Source of the DNA: Anaeramoeba ignava BMAN | Taxonomy: Eukaryota > Protista > Anaeramoebae | NCBI GenBank assembly: GCA_028826165.1 | Contig: JAPDFW010000143.1 | Span: forward strand, 1 to 64,000 | Direction: 5' to 3' | DNA length: 64,000 bases | Shown: piece after piece, positions 1 to 13,233 of the stretch | Numbering within the stretch: position 1 is the first letter of the stretch | Layout of the letters: each line of letters begins with the position of its first letter | Program-made: the position numbers and the translations under genes | The notes under the pieces: model-generated | The model's input: only the letters and a program-made list of their open reading frames with translations | What the model was told of the DNA's origin: nothing | The model's database searches: none

Positions 1-1301
1 AGTGAAAAATTAAATGAAGAAGAAATTAAGATATTGAGAATGTGGGAAGATGATTTTAATGAATGTTGGATAATTTCATTAAGTCAAATCAATAATGATA
101 AAGTCAAGAATTCAATATAAATAATTTAAATAAACTTGAAAACAATCAAATTCCACAAATTATTGATAAAATTGAGCCAATAACAAGAAAAATCATTTAT
201 TAAAGAAATTCTTTCAAATCAAGAAAAAAAACTAAATATTGGATATTTAATTAAATATATTTCGAAAGAAAAAAGAAGATTAAAGAATGAAATACAAAAA
301 TTATTCAATCAAAATCAAAATCAAAATCAAAATCAAAATCAAAATCAAAATCAAAATGAAAATGAAAATGAAAATCAAAATCAAAATCAAAATCAAAATC
401 AAAATCAAAATCAAAATCAAAATCTAAATCAAAAATCAAAATCAAAATCAAATTGAAAATGAAATAAAAATATCTTTTCCATTTAAAACAGGATTAAATA
501 AACCATTTAGAAGAATGATTGATTCATCTTTTGAATTTAATTTGAAAAGAATAGAAGATTATATTAAATTTCATAATATAAAAGATAATTTTGATGAATT
601 AGAAAAAAAGATGAATGAAGTTTTTCAAACATTTATTGAAACTGAAAATATTTTAATTATTATCAATAATTTTCAATTTAAAGATAAAATCATTTTAAAT
701 ACTTCATTTCTTGATGAATCAAAAATGAAACAAAATTAATCTTTCACAAAGATACATGGAACAAAATAGTTAAAGAACTTTAGAAAATTTTGCTATTCCT
801 ATTTTCCAAAAATTTTATCAAAATATTATTCAATTTTGTTCCAATTTAAAAGATGAAAAATTAATTAAAGTTGATCAAACACTTATTGAATTTGCAAAAG
901 AAAACAAGATTCCAGTTGAATTAGAAAATATTAAATCAATTAAAAAACTTAAAATTCAACATTTAAGATTTATTCACAATGATATTTCACAACATTTTGA
1001 ATCAATTATTAATAAAATAGATAATCAATATAAAAATCAAATTCCAACAACTTTCTTAAATCAATTAGATTCCTTTTTGAAAAATTTCAATTACAAATTT
1101 GATATTAATTTTCCAAAATTTCTTTTCAAAAGAATTAATTCAAAAATTATTCTCCAGAACAAGAACTTTTTAAATAATTTAGTAAATATTGGAGATTTAT
1201 TGAATCTTAAAACAGAATCAGAAACTATTCGAAAACATTTTCCAAGGCACTTAACACTTAAAGTTTATCTTCTTTGTTTAGATAAACTGAAGAAAAATTA
1301 A
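1..1301 (+). CDS. 3' part of an uncharacterised protein (frameshifted fragments, NQ tract)
   Basis: Protein-like ORF fragments 515-739 and 1077-1301 plus (CAAAAT)n at 308-450; no family recognised; starts before the window. Confidence 0.4.
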
Positions 1302-1371
1302 TCAAAATTTTTAAATTCAAAAATAAAATTGAATTGAATTAAATTTGAATTTATTTTCTTGTTAATTTTTT

Positions 1372-4300
1372 TTAAAAATATTTTTGTGTTTCCAATTCTT
1401 TTTAATCGATTATTAAATTAAATTGACTTAATTGATAAAAATCTTCTGTGTCATTTAATTCTTGAATAATTTTTTGTTAAATCTTTTTAAATTTAAATTT
1501 AAATTTAAATCAAATTCTCCAAAATAAAAGTAATGAATAAGTTGTTCAAGACTTCCTTTACTTTTCCCACTATAATCTTTTAACAGAATTTGAATCATCT
1601 TGAACATTCAAAAACATTTGTCTAAATAAATTTGATCTTAAAATTAAAATCAATTTATGAACTTTGATTTCTGAAGAATCATCACAAATAATTTTGAAAT
1701 CTTTTTTTCAATCTTTTCCAAATAAAGATTAACAAAATCTTTTTAATTCCTGATTCATCTTTTTGTTTTGGATCCAATTTTTATCAAATCCTAATTCTTG
1801 TGAAATGATTTGAATTTTCTTTTCATTTTGAATTTGGGAAAAATTATCTGAACTTGTTAAATATTCTTGAAATAATTTTTGAGAATCAGAATCATCAAAA
1901 TTAAATTGATTTGATTTCCAATAAAATGAAAAGAATGGATGTTTTGACTCAATTAAATTCCATTCATCTTTTTGAAATTGATTCAAATCAAGATTAGAAA
2001 TTGGATCAATCATTCCAGTATAAATAAAAATCAAGAAAGGAATAACTTGATTTTCAGGTTTTGATGAGAAAACTTCTTGAATTTTTGTTAAAATTGAATG
2101 ATCATTATCAAATCTCATCAATAAAATTAGTTTATGAACTTGGATATTTCCATCTAAATGATTTATTGTGAAATCACAAAATTCTTGTCTCAAAAATAGA
2201 TTAAATAAATCAATTTGCAAATTTTTGGAAAGAATTGGGAATTCAAATCTGAAAAATTCACTTTCAATAAATGGATAAGGTTTATTTTCTCTAATATATC
2301 CAATTGCAAAAATCTTGCATAATATCTTTTTCCTTAATTTGATTTGTGCTCAGTTCAGAAATTCCTGAATGTGATAATGATATATTATAAAGCAAATTAG
2401 AAGAGATAATACTGATAAATTTTGAATTCTTTGTGGATAAAATAACGAATCTATCAGTTTCCAAAGGAGTAATAACTGAAGGAAGACTCAGACAAATTGA
2501 ATTTTATCTCCAACAATTTTTCTATTCAAAATTTTGATTCCCACAAAAACTAGTTGGTTCAATTATGATTGGTGATTGACAAAGAATAATTTTAGAATAA
2601 GAATAAGAATAATATCCAATAATAAATTCTTCCTCGATCATTCCACCTCCAATTTGTATTTTGATTTCTACTTCTCCTTTTTTTTCACATTTCTCATTTT
2701 TGTAATAAACTTGAAAATATTTTGGTGCTTCTTTTTCTTTGGATTGAAGTTGTGATTTAAATAAAATTATTTGATCATTTTGATGAGGTTCATAATTATT
2801 TGATAATTCCCATGATACTTTTATTGTTTCTCCAATCTTTGTTTTTTCTGGAGATGATTTAATTATTCCTCCTTCTAATGGAAGAACTTTAATTTCTTCA
2901 CTTTTTGCAAAAGGTTTATATTTGTATTCACTTGGATAATATCTAAATTCAAATATTTGATTTTCTTCTGTAATATAATTTCCAATATCAAATGTTAATT
3001 TTCCCTTTTTTTTATGCATTGGAATATTCTGATAAGTTAAACCAGGAGTAGTTGTAGAATCTTTCAAAAATAAAGCAATACGACCGAAATAATTTGTTTG
3101 ATGATATTCAGGTATCTCCCATTCAACATCAATTAATTCTCCAAATTTAATTTCATTTTTGGAAACTGATAATTTGAAATCTTTTCTATTAATCTCTTTC
3201 ACTTTAATTTCTTCACTTTTCATTAATGATATTCTTCCATAAAATTTAATATATCTAAATTCAAATATTTGATTCTCATCTTTAATATATTCATTAATAT
3301 CAAATGTAAATTTCCCTTTTCTTGCTAAATTTGAATTATCTTTAATAATTAAAGAATTATAATCAATTCGAGGATATTTCAAAAATAAAACAATCCGATC
3401 TCCATGAATTGGCTGATAATATTCAGGTAATTCCCATTCAACATCAATTGATTCTCCAAATTTAATTTCATTTTTGGAAACTAATAATTTGAAATCTTTT
3501 TTATTAACTTCTTTCACTTTAATTTCTTCACTTTTTGCTATTGGATTTTTTTGATCTTTTGGATAATATCTAATTTCAAATATTTGATTTTCTTCTGTAA
3601 TATAATTTCCAATATCAAGTGTAAATATTCCTTTTTTTGCTAAATTTGAAGTAAATTTCCTAAATAAAGAATTATTGATTGGAGAATCTTTCAAAAATAA
3701 ACCAATCCAATCTTGTTCATTTGAATGATAATATTCAGGAAATTCCCATTCAACATTAATTGATTCTCCAAATTTAATTTCATTTTTGGAAACTAATAAT
3801 TTGAAATTTTTTTTATCAAATTCTTTCACTTTAATTTCTTCACTTTTTGCTATTGGGTTTTTTTGATCTTTTTGGATAATATCTAAATTCAAATATTTGA
3901 TTTTCTTCTGTAATATAATTTCCAATATCAAATCTTAATATTCCTTTTTGTTAAATTTAAAGTAGCTTTGCCAACTAAAGAATTATTGATTGGAGAATCT
4001 TTCAAAAATAAACCAATCCAATCTCGTTCATTTGATTGATAATATTCAGGAAATTCCCATTTAACATCAATTGATTCTCCATATTTAATTTCATTTTTGG
4101 AAACTAATAATTTGAAGATTTTAAATTCATCAACTCCAAAAATGAGAAGAAGTAAACAATACTTTTTTTCGTTTGAAGTTTTGAGATGAGAAATGTATTT
4201 AACAATAAATAATTGGGCTTCATTTTCATTTGTATTTTCCTTTTTCAAATCATCATCCAATTTGAATTCAATCATTCCAATTCTTGAAACTCTATCATTA

Positions 4301-5442
4301 TGTTTTTCTATCAAAGGTTTTTGTGATAAATCATTTAAATTTGAATGAGGATCATAATAAAAAGTGAAATTGAATCTGAAATGTTTGGTTTGTATTCATC
4401 AGGTAATTTGAATTGAATTTGAATTGGTAAAACCAAATGTAGGTCTTTTTGCTATAATTTCAATTCCATTATTTTCCAAGAATTGGATTTGGAATGGTTT
4501 GCTGACACATTGACTTTTATCATCACATGAAAAAAATCTAAATTGTAAATTGTCAAGAAAATTAATTGTTTGATAATCTTTTGTTTGGAAAATAATTGAA
4601 TCTTTTCTATTTGTTTGATAAATATATTTTAATTCAATATATTGTGAACTTATTGAGTTTTCATAAAATAATCCAATCCGACTTTTTTCAGATATCTCAA
4701 AATCTTCAGGAAACTCCCATGAAACTTCAATGGATTCTCCAAATAAAAACTTGTCTTTAGAGAGAATAAGATGATTTTCTGGAATTTTGGATTTAATAAT
4801 AAAAGGTTCACTTTCTGCTATTTTGTCTTCATTAACTGCAATGTATCTAATTACAAATTCTTCATTAGTTTCATTTCTCATGCAAGATCCAGTATTAAAA
4901 GTTGCTGTTCCATTCATTGTTGCATTGTAATTAGCCACATAATCTAAATAAGAACTATAAAATGGATCATCTTTGGGAAATAAGCAAATCAAATCCCAAC
5001 GTCTTAAAGAATATCCATCACAACCATCATCTCCATTGGGTATAAAATTAACAGGTAATTTCCAAGTTGTTTTAATTTCTTTTTCATTAATTTCATCAAT
5101 AGTAATTATTTTTTCAAAAGGAATAATTTCAAAAACTTCAGAAACAAGAATTGATTTGGATTTATTTTCAGGTAAATATCTAATTTGTAATTTGTTCTTC
5201 CATATTTCCACATAATTGACATTAAGAAATGTTGTTCCTTCTAATTGAGAATTTGAATTGTTTTTATAAGTAAAGTAAATTTCATTTTTTTCTTTTGTAG
5301 CATCAAAAAGTGCAATTTTATCATTTGATTTTGGTTGAAATTGTTCAGGAAGTTTCCATTCAACAATAATTTCATTTTGATTTGTTAATTTAACTTTTTT
5401 GTTTTCATAATTTTTAACTTGAATAAAATATTTTTGTTCCAT
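1372..5442 (-). CDS. Multi Ig/SKICH-like repeat protein with C-terminal tandem BTB/POZ domains; frameshifted (sequence error or pseudogene)
   Basis: ORFs 4399-5442, 3928-4314, 2522-3931 carry repeated V.W..P....D(W/R)I.LF...F..RY domains; 1729-2220 is BTB-like (FCDFTI...VHKLIL); a second BTB (VHKLILILRSNLFRQMFL) lies at ~1600-1700; 3' end approximate. Confidence 0.65.
2890..4120 (-). repeat. Four tandem ~312-bp coding repeats (one Ig-like domain each)
   Basis: Near-identical DNA blocks, e.g. 3531-3810 vs 3843-4120; each encodes LLVSKNEIKFGESI.VEWE.PEY...QIFE.RY...KSEEIKV. Confidence 0.85.
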
Positions 5443-5541
5443 TTTGAAATGAAAAAAATGAAAATTAATTTTTGCTTTTTTTATTTTAATTTTTGATTTT
5501 AATTATGAAATTTAATTTAAATTTTAATTTTAATTTTAATT

Positions 5542-7302
5542 TTAATTTTGATTATTAAATTTGTTAATTAATAAATCAAATAAATTTGGATTTGTTTGAT
5601 TTAATTGAAAATAATCAATTCCAATTTGAATTTCATCAATAATTTCTTCTGTAATTTGGATTTCTTTTTTAATTTGATTTGAATAAATCCAATATTCAAA
5701 TATTTGAAATGATTTATTACTTAATTCACTATAATCTTTAACTTTATTAGAAGTATCATTTGTTACAGATAAAAACATTCCTCGATATAATTCACTTCTC
5801 ATTATTAATATCAATTTAGGAAATTTATATTGTTTTTCTTTTCTTTCAATTATAAAATCTTTTTCATTTTCATTTAAATAAATTGTTTTAATTGTTTCTT
5901 CAATTTTTTCATTTGAATTTATAATTTCTTTAATTTCAGAATATAATTTTGGATTTATTATTCTATTTGAATAAATCATTTCAAATATTTGATTTGATTC
6001 TTTAATTGATTTTTTTGAAATAATTTCTTGAAGTTTTTCAATTTGATTTTGATTTTGATTTAATCTATATTTCAATATTAATTTATGAGCTTCAATTATT
6101 TCTCCATTTTTGGTTTTAAATGAAATATTACAAAATTCTTTTCTTTGAAATAATTTTATCAAATCTTCTTCAAGATTGGAAAAAGAAAGAGCAGAATAAT
6201 AAAGAAATGAATTTAAATATCCACAAGAAAGATGATAATTGAAAATATTTTCATTAAATCTTAATTTAGGAAGTTCAATTTGAATTGGAATTAATTGATT
6301 TATTGTATCTCCAGTTCCTAATTGGCCAAATTCATTATTTCCAAATCCAATTAATTTTGGATTGGAAGTTAAAATCAAAGTATGCACATGTCCAACAGAA
6401 AAATCAAGAATATAATCATCATTTTCAAATAAAGATGATTTAATTTCAGTAAATTCATAAGTAAATTGATTTTTGCCAAGTCCATTAAATTGATAATTTC
6501 CACATAAATAAAGTTTTCTTTTTGGATTTTCATTTTCAATCAACATTATTGAATGAGTATATCCACATTGAATATCAATTATTTTGCCTTTTGGAATATT
6601 TTGGATTTTGGTTAATTTATCAATTTTTTCTTCTTCTTTTTTTGATTCTCCTAATCCAAGTTGACCAGAATTATTCCAACCGCATCCAAATAATTCTTGA
6701 TTTGAATTTAAAAGAAAAACATGATTTGAAGAATTTCCTGAAAATATTTTAGAAACATTTTTCATCATTAAAATTGGCTTTTCTGTTTTTGGAAGTGTTT
6801 TAGAATCAAAACCAAGTTGATCATATTCATTTGAACCAATTCCATAAACTATATGATTTGAAGTTAATAAGTAAATTGAATTAGCTCCAGAAACAATATC
6901 TTGAATTATTCTATCATTTGTATCTTCAATTAATGATGAAATATTGATAAATTCTTTTGTATTATTTGGATTGATATTTCTTCCTTTTGCAAATATATTT
7001 CCTTCTATTGTTAAAATAGCTTCATTTCCATAACCAACAGTTACTTTTTGAATATTTTCTTCAATTTGGATTTTTTGAGGATTTTGTTTTGAATCTTCTT
7101 CATCTAAATATTCTATTGCTTTTCCATTTTTAAAAAGGAAAATTATTTCAAAATATCCTGTTGAAATTTGTTTAATTTGTTTTTCATTTTCATTTTCATT
7201 TTCATTTTCAAATTTAATTTGAATTGGTTTTGTTATTTTATATGGTTTATTTTTAAAAAATTTTGGATATTTATTTTTACCAAAAAATAAAATTTCATTC
7301 AT
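5542..7302 (-). CDS. RCC1-repeat / tandem BTB domain protein, intronless
   Basis: RCC1 motifs GSNEYDQLG, GWNNSGQLGLG, GNNEFGQLGTG; BTB motifs EAHKLILKYR and FPKLILIMRSELYRGMF. Confidence 0.9.
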   Translation of the reverse strand: MNEILFFGKNKYPKFFKNKPYKITKPIQIKFENENENENEKQIKQISTGYFEIIFLFKNGKAIEYLDEEDSKQNPQKIQIEENIQKVTVGYGNEAILTIEGNIFAKGRNINPNNTKEFINISSLIEDTNDRIIQDIVSGANSIYLLTSNHIVYGIGSNEYDQLGFDSKTLPKTEKPILMMKNVSKIFSGNSSNHVFLLNSNQELFGCGWNNSGQLGLGESKKEEEKIDKLTKIQNIPKGKIIDIQCGYTHSIMLIENENPKRKLYLCGNYQFNGLGKNQFTYEFTEIKSSLFENDDYILDFSVGHVHTLILTSNPKLIGFGNNEFGQLGTGDTINQLIPIQIELPKLRFNENIFNYHLSCGYLNSFLYYSALSFSNLEEDLIKLFQRKEFCNISFKTKNGEIIEAHKLILKYRLNQNQNQIEKLQEIISKKSIKESNQIFEMIYSNRIINPKLYSEIKEIINSNEKIEETIKTIYLNENEKDFIIERKEKQYKFPKLILIMRSELYRGMFLSVTNDTSNKVKDYSELSNKSFQIFEYWIYSNQIKKEIQITEEIIDEIQIGIDYFQLNQTNPNLFDLLINKFNNQN

Positions 7303-7353
7303 TTTTGAAATGAAAAAAATGAAAATTAATTTTTGCTTTTTTAATTTTAATTT

Positions 7354-8496
7354 TCAAAAATATGTTCGATGAATAATTGTTGGTCCAATTTCATTATATT
7401 CATACAATGAAATACATCGGTCTTGAAAAGTATAAAATGAAGCCAACATTGATCCACCAATCCAAGATGAATATTTTCTTTCTTCAGGTGCAATAATTTT
7501 AACTTTCATTCCATTTTTTTCTGATAATTTAGACATTTCTTTTTTGAATCTTTGTTTGATTCCAGGAAACATTGAAGTTCCTCCAGATAAAATAATATTA
7601 GAAAATAAATCTTTTTGAATATCCTCATCACATTTCATAATTGAATCATAAATCATTTCATGAATTCCTTTTTCCTCTATTCCAATCAAAGAAGGTTGAA
7701 ATAATGCTTCTGAACATCTGAATCTTTCTTTTCCAATTTTGATAATTCGACCATCAAATATTTCATAATCTTTTTGAATTAATTTTTCTTCTTGATTAAT
7801 TTCTTTATCAAAATCCAAAGCAACATATCCAAATTTTTCTTTAATATCTTTAATAATTGCAATTTCAGCAGTTGTAGTCAAAGAATATCCTTTTTCTGTT
7901 AGCATTTGCAATAAATAATCATTTAAATTTTTTCCTCCCAAATTTAATTTATTGATTGAATTTAATAAAACAGAGCTTTCATAAACAGGAACAACTTGAA
8001 TAAAACCACCTCCCATTTCAACAACAATTCCTATTGATCTTCTTGTTGATATTAATGATAAAACAGATTGATTTTCAAGATCGAAAAAAGGAGTACTAAA
8101 TGTTTCAAACATGATTTGAGTAATTTTCTCTTTATGTATTTTTGAATTGAAAACACTATCCATTAATAAAGCAGGATGTTCTTCAGGAGCAACTCTTAAT
8201 TCATTATAAAAACAATGATGCCATATTTTTTCCATATCATCCCAATTTATTACTGTTCCATTTTCAATTGGATATTTCATTCTTAATATTCCCCTTTTTG
8301 CAATTGCTTCATCTCCAATATACGCATCTTTTTGTCCCATTCCTACCATTACTCCCATATATGCTGGTCTTCCAACTATTGATGGAATAATTGATCTTGG
8401 TTTTTCATCTCCTGCAAATCCTGATTTTGAATAAGTTGTTCCATTATCAAATATTACAATTAGATTTTCTTCCAATGTATAATCACCAAAAATCAT
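7354..8496 (-). CDS. Divergent actin paralog, intronless
   Basis: [60 protein letters not shown]; 380 aa. Confidence 0.95.
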   Translation of the reverse strand: MIFGDYTLEENLIVIFDNGTTYSKSGFAGDEKPRSIIPSIVGRPAYMGVMVGMGQKDAYIGDEAIAKRGILRMKYPIENGTVINWDDMEKIWHHCFYNELRVAPEEHPALLMDSVFNSKIHKEKITQIMFETFSTPFFDLENQSVLSLISTRRSIGIVVEMGGGFIQVVPVYESSVLLNSINKLNLGGKNLNDYLLQMLTEKGYSLTTTAEIAIIKDIKEKFGYVALDFDKEINQEEKLIQKDYEIFDGRIIKIGKERFRCSEALFQPSLIGIEEKGIHEMIYDSIMKCDEDIQKDLFSNIILSGGTSMFPGIKQRFKKEMSKLSEKNGMKVKIIAPEERKYSSWIGGSMLASFYTFQDRCISLYEYNEIGPTIIHRTYF

Positions 8497-8604
8497 TTGT
8501 TTTTAAATTAAATTAAACAAAAATTTGTTTTGCTTTTCTTAATTTTGAAGAAATAAAAAAAATGAAAAAAAAAATTTGGAAAGAAATAAAAAAAGTTTTG
8601 TTGA

Positions 8605-10054
8605 TTAAATGAAAAAAGTTTCAAGTTCATAAACCTGCCATTTATCAAAAGAACCAGCTAAATAGTTTTTGGATTCATTTGTTCCGAATTTCATTCCAAA
8701 AGGAAGATTGTAGCTTCTTCCAAAAGATAATCTTCCAGGTTGTAAATCGGAATTTAAATCAATATCTCCATAACCTTCACCTCCAAAAACGGGGCCATAA
8801 TTTAAATTGTAATAAATGGCATGTTTTTCCTCGTTTCTTTTGATGGAAAACTTTTCTGGTTTGCGCGAGAGTTTTGGTAATCTCTTAAGGAAAAAATAAA
8901 TGCATTTGAATCTTTAATATATCTATCGCTTCCTTTCTTAAATCCAACTTTTGTAAATCCTCCAAAGATAAAATTAGCTGTTGTTTGAATAATAACTAAT
9001 GTTTTTCCTTTATTATCACACATATCATGCCATTTTTTACAATAGAATCCATCTCTTCTTGCTGAAAATCCCAAATTCATTTTGGAAAAGAATTCATTAT
9101 CATTTATCCATTCTTTTAATCTGTTGAAATATTCTTTTGTTTGAACGATTGATGATTGCAATCCAATTCTTGATTTGAAAATGAATGAATTTTGGTTTTG
9201 AATCAGCTCTCTTAATTTCATTTCATTTCCTTGATTGTTTCTGAGTGTTTCAAATTGGAGTAATGTTTGTGAAATTTGATTTGGAATTAAATTTTCGATC
9301 AAAGTTCCTTCAAGTTCTTTTGGTGAAAAATCAATAAATCTGATTTTATCAATCACATTTGAAATTTGATTCTGAATTTGTTCCTTTTCTTGCTTATCAA
9401 GTCTCTGGTTATCTTTTTGTTGGTTAATATTGAGTTTATGCTTTCCCCATTTTATTAGTGCTTGGAAAATTTCAAACTCATTTGTTATAATTTGATCATT
9501 TACTAAAATTGAATTTAAATGATTTTCTTCAAGTTGAAGGAAAAAAGGGGTTTTGATTAATATATATCAAAATTTTCCAAAATAAATTGATAAGATGAGT
9601 CCATTAATTGATTAAAATTCATTGATTCAGATAGCTTTAGAATATCAACAATAGACTCAATTCGGAAATTGCTTTTAATAAAATCTGAAGAAATCTCAAT
9701 TAATTCATCAATTAAATATTTCGAAGAAAAAAACAAAATTTCAATTGCATTTTGTAATTCAAGTTCAATTTTTCCTGAATAAAAATAATTCAAAATTGAA
9801 AATAGAGTTTGACTTGAAATATCTTTTAAGATCATTTGTTTTTCTTGTGAATCTTTCATTTCAGAATTAAAAAGTGATTTAAAATATTGACTTCTTGTTG
9901 AAAGAATTGATTTATGAGTTTTAAATGAAATTGGATTTGTTTCTTGATTGAATTGGCAAATAATTTCAAAATCATAATAGTTTTCGTCTTTTTGATTTTG
10001 GAATAAATTTTGTAAATCATTTGAAAGTTTTTCTAAATTTGAATAATTTTGCAT
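8605..10054 (-). CDS. BTB-BACK-TLDc protein (frameshifts near 9556 and 8860)
   Basis: BTB (KTHKSILSTRSQYFKSLF), BACK-like segment, TLDc (FSARRDGF..WHDMCDNKGKTLVII..FIFGGFT; ends YLAGSFDKWQVYELETFFI*). Confidence 0.85.
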
Positions 10055-10311
10055 TTTTATTAAGATAAAAAATGAAAAATGAAAAATCAAAAATTTTAAA
10101 AACAAAAATAATTTTAATCGTTTTTAATTCTTATATACTTATTTTTCAATCCTCTTTTAATTTTAAGGTTATTTTTGATTGAAGGAATATTTTTCATTTC
10201 TTATAATTTTAATTTTTTTTTAAAATTTTTTTTTTGTTTTTATTTTTTCATTTTTTCATTTTAAATCATTCCAAATTTTCCGTTTTTATTTTTATTCTAT
10301 TAATTTAAAAA

Positions 10312-11672
10312 ATGACAGAAAACTTATGTATAGATTATTATTATTCATAATTAAAACAAAAATCAAAAAAAAAAAAAATTTAATCCAATCATTTTTACAA
10401 ATTAGTATCTCAACCTCTTATTGATAGCGAATATGAAAACAATTTTGATAATAATATTATTGGTGAAATTGAATATATAAATGATAACGAGTCAAAAACA
10501 TCAGACGATGACTTAAATATTTCTTCAGGAAATGATGATTTACTTTATCGAAATCCACGAAAATCGAGTTATAAAAAAATTGAATTTAAACCAAGTTTTT
10601 ATCGCAAATGGATTTACCCCCGATTTAACAAGGGTTTTATGAGTAACTTTATTACTTTTATGATCATGATTATTGGCTTTTTTCTTAAATATCTTTTGAG
10701 ACATAATAAAAGTAATTCAAAATCAATTGAAAAAATTTTTTTTAAATTAAATTAAATGAGAAAAATTTTTTTTGCTTTTTTTAATCAAAAAAAAATTGGA
10801 AAAAAAAAGATTCAGAAACACCACTTGATTATATTATTGCTTTTGGATTGTTTGGGTTTGCTGGAGGAATTACAAATTGGCTCGCAATCAAGATGTTATT
10901 TGATAAAGTTCCATTTCTTTATGGATCTGGTATTATTCCTCGAAAATTTAGAGAAATTCGTGAAACAATTAAAAATACAATTATGGCTTCTTTTTTTAAT
11001 AAGGTTTTTAACAATCCCAAAAAAAAAAAAATTTTTTTTTTCCTAAAATTTTTTTGATCCACTTTTTCTTTTTTCTTTTTTCTTTTTTAGAATTTCCTTA
11101 AAAATTATTTAGAAAACAAATTGAGTACTTTTATAAAATTATTTAGTATTGAAGATAAAATTAAACAAGTAAAAAAAAGCAATTTTATATTTTATCAACT
11201 TTCATTTTAAAATGAAGGATCAATTGAATAATAATTAAATTGACAAACATTTTTAAAATTTTCTAATGAAATGATATTTAAATAAACAACAAGTTAATTC
11301 AATCACCATCTGTTGATCATTTAATTGATCTTAAATTAGAAGAATTAAAACAAAGACCTGAAGGTAAAGTTTTATCGATGGTTGGTTTGGAGCCTGCAAA
11401 GCTCAAGCCTCTTATTCTGCCTTTTATTGGAGGTTTTGGAAATAGTTTATCACAAATTTCTGCAGATGCTTTTGGTGTTTCTGAAGTTTTTAATGCGGAA
11501 AATTTGAGAAAAGAAATTGATAATTTAATGACTGAAAAACTTAAAGAGTTAACCCCACAAGCTGTTAAAGCATTACTTGAAAAGATTCACATAGACATCA
11601 TTTTTTATTGTATGGGGAAATGTTTTTGGTGGCATCATTGGTATTATTTCTAAAGCTGCTCATTATTCTTGA
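10312..11672 (+). CDS. DUF445-family membrane protein, 5 exons
   Basis: GLFGFAGGITNWLAIKMLFDKVPFLYGSGIIP and C-terminal IVWGNVFGGIIG; GT-AG introns; small indel near 11590. Confidence 0.75.
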
Positions 11673-11799
11673 TTTCCAAAAAATTTTTTGCTTGAAATTT
11701 TTCTTTTAATTTAAAAGAAGATTTTTTTGTGTTCAAAATAAACGTTTTTTTTCTTTTTTGCAAATTAAATGATTTTTTTTTTCTTTTTTTTTGATTGAT

Positions 11800-13233
11800 T
11801 TATTTATCATTTTCTAAATTTTCCCAAATTGCAGAAAAAGGATCTTTTTTAAGAATTTTTTCATTCTCAATTTTTTCATTCTTTTCAATTTTTTCATTTT
11901 CAATTTTTGGGGTTTTTTGAATAATAACTTCATGATCAAGATCTATCAACATTTTATTTTCTTTATTTTCTTTATTTTGATTATTTTGATTATTTTCTTT
12001 TTTTTGATTATTTTTTTTCTTTTTCTCAATTATAATTATTTTTGGAAGATCTGTTGTTTTCATAACATCTTCCACTTTTTGAATTGGTGGAAAATCATCT
12101 TCTTCAAAATTTTTATACCATCTAATAAATAATTCACAAATAATTTAAAAAACAATCAACAATCAACATCAATATAATTTAAAATTATTATAAAATTAAA
12201 AAAATTTTTTTTCACTAACAATTTTTCAATATATTTTAATTGAATAAATTGTTCAATTTTTTTTCGATCTCCAGCTTTTGGAAATGGAAATTTTTCTTCT
12301 GTCCAATTTGCAAGATATTTTATTTTATCAACTCCATTTCCTCCTTGAATTAATTGATTTAATTCTTCAGAACTAAAAGTTGAAACACCAACACCTTTAA
12401 TTCTATGTGAAAAATGTCGACTAATAAACGTTTTGAATTGTTTGTTTTTTTTTAATAGATATTTTTTTTCAAAAAAATATTATTTTTCTTTTTTTTAATT
12501 CATACTGAATTCCACTACAAATTGTACAAACAAATGTTGCATAAGGAAAACAAACATATTGTGGACCCTAATTAAAAATCAAAATCAAAAAACAAGAATT
12601 GAATTTTGAATTTGAATTTGAATTTGAATTTGAATTTTGATTTTGATTTTGATTTTGATTTTGATTTTGAATTTGATTTTGATTTTGATTTTGATTTTGA
12701 TTTTGATTTTGATTTTGATTTTGATTTTGAATTTTAATTTAAATTTTGATTTTGATTTTGAATTTGAATTTTGAATTTGATTTTGAATTTGAATTTGAAT
12801 TTTAATTTGAATTTGAATTTGAATTTGAATTTGAATTTGAATTTGAATTTGATTTTGATTTTGATTTTGATTTTGAATTTGAATTTGATTTTGATTTTGA
12901 ATTTGATTTTGAATTTGAATTTTAATTTGAATTTGAATTTCAATTTGAATTTGATTTTTAATTTTGAATTTAAATTTCAATTTGATTTTGATTTTGATTT
13001 TGATTTTGAATTTTAATTTAAATTTTAATTTGTTTTGTTGTTTTGTTTTGTTTTGTTTTGTTTTGTTTTGTTTTGTTTTGTTTTGTTTTGTTTTGTTGTT
13101 TTGTTTTATTTTGTTTTGTCTTGTTTTGACAAACCAATTCTTGACAATTTGCACAAACAGAATTTTCTGGTTTTTTCATAAGTTTTTTTAAAATTATAGT
13201 AGATTTTCTTATATTATCTCTTTTATCTTGCAT
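11800..13233 (-). CDS. ArfGAP, AGFG/Hrb-like, 4 exons
   Basis: Spliced product [38 protein letters not shown] (CX2CX16CX2C plus Arg finger); intron 1 is 12568-13134. Confidence 0.9.
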
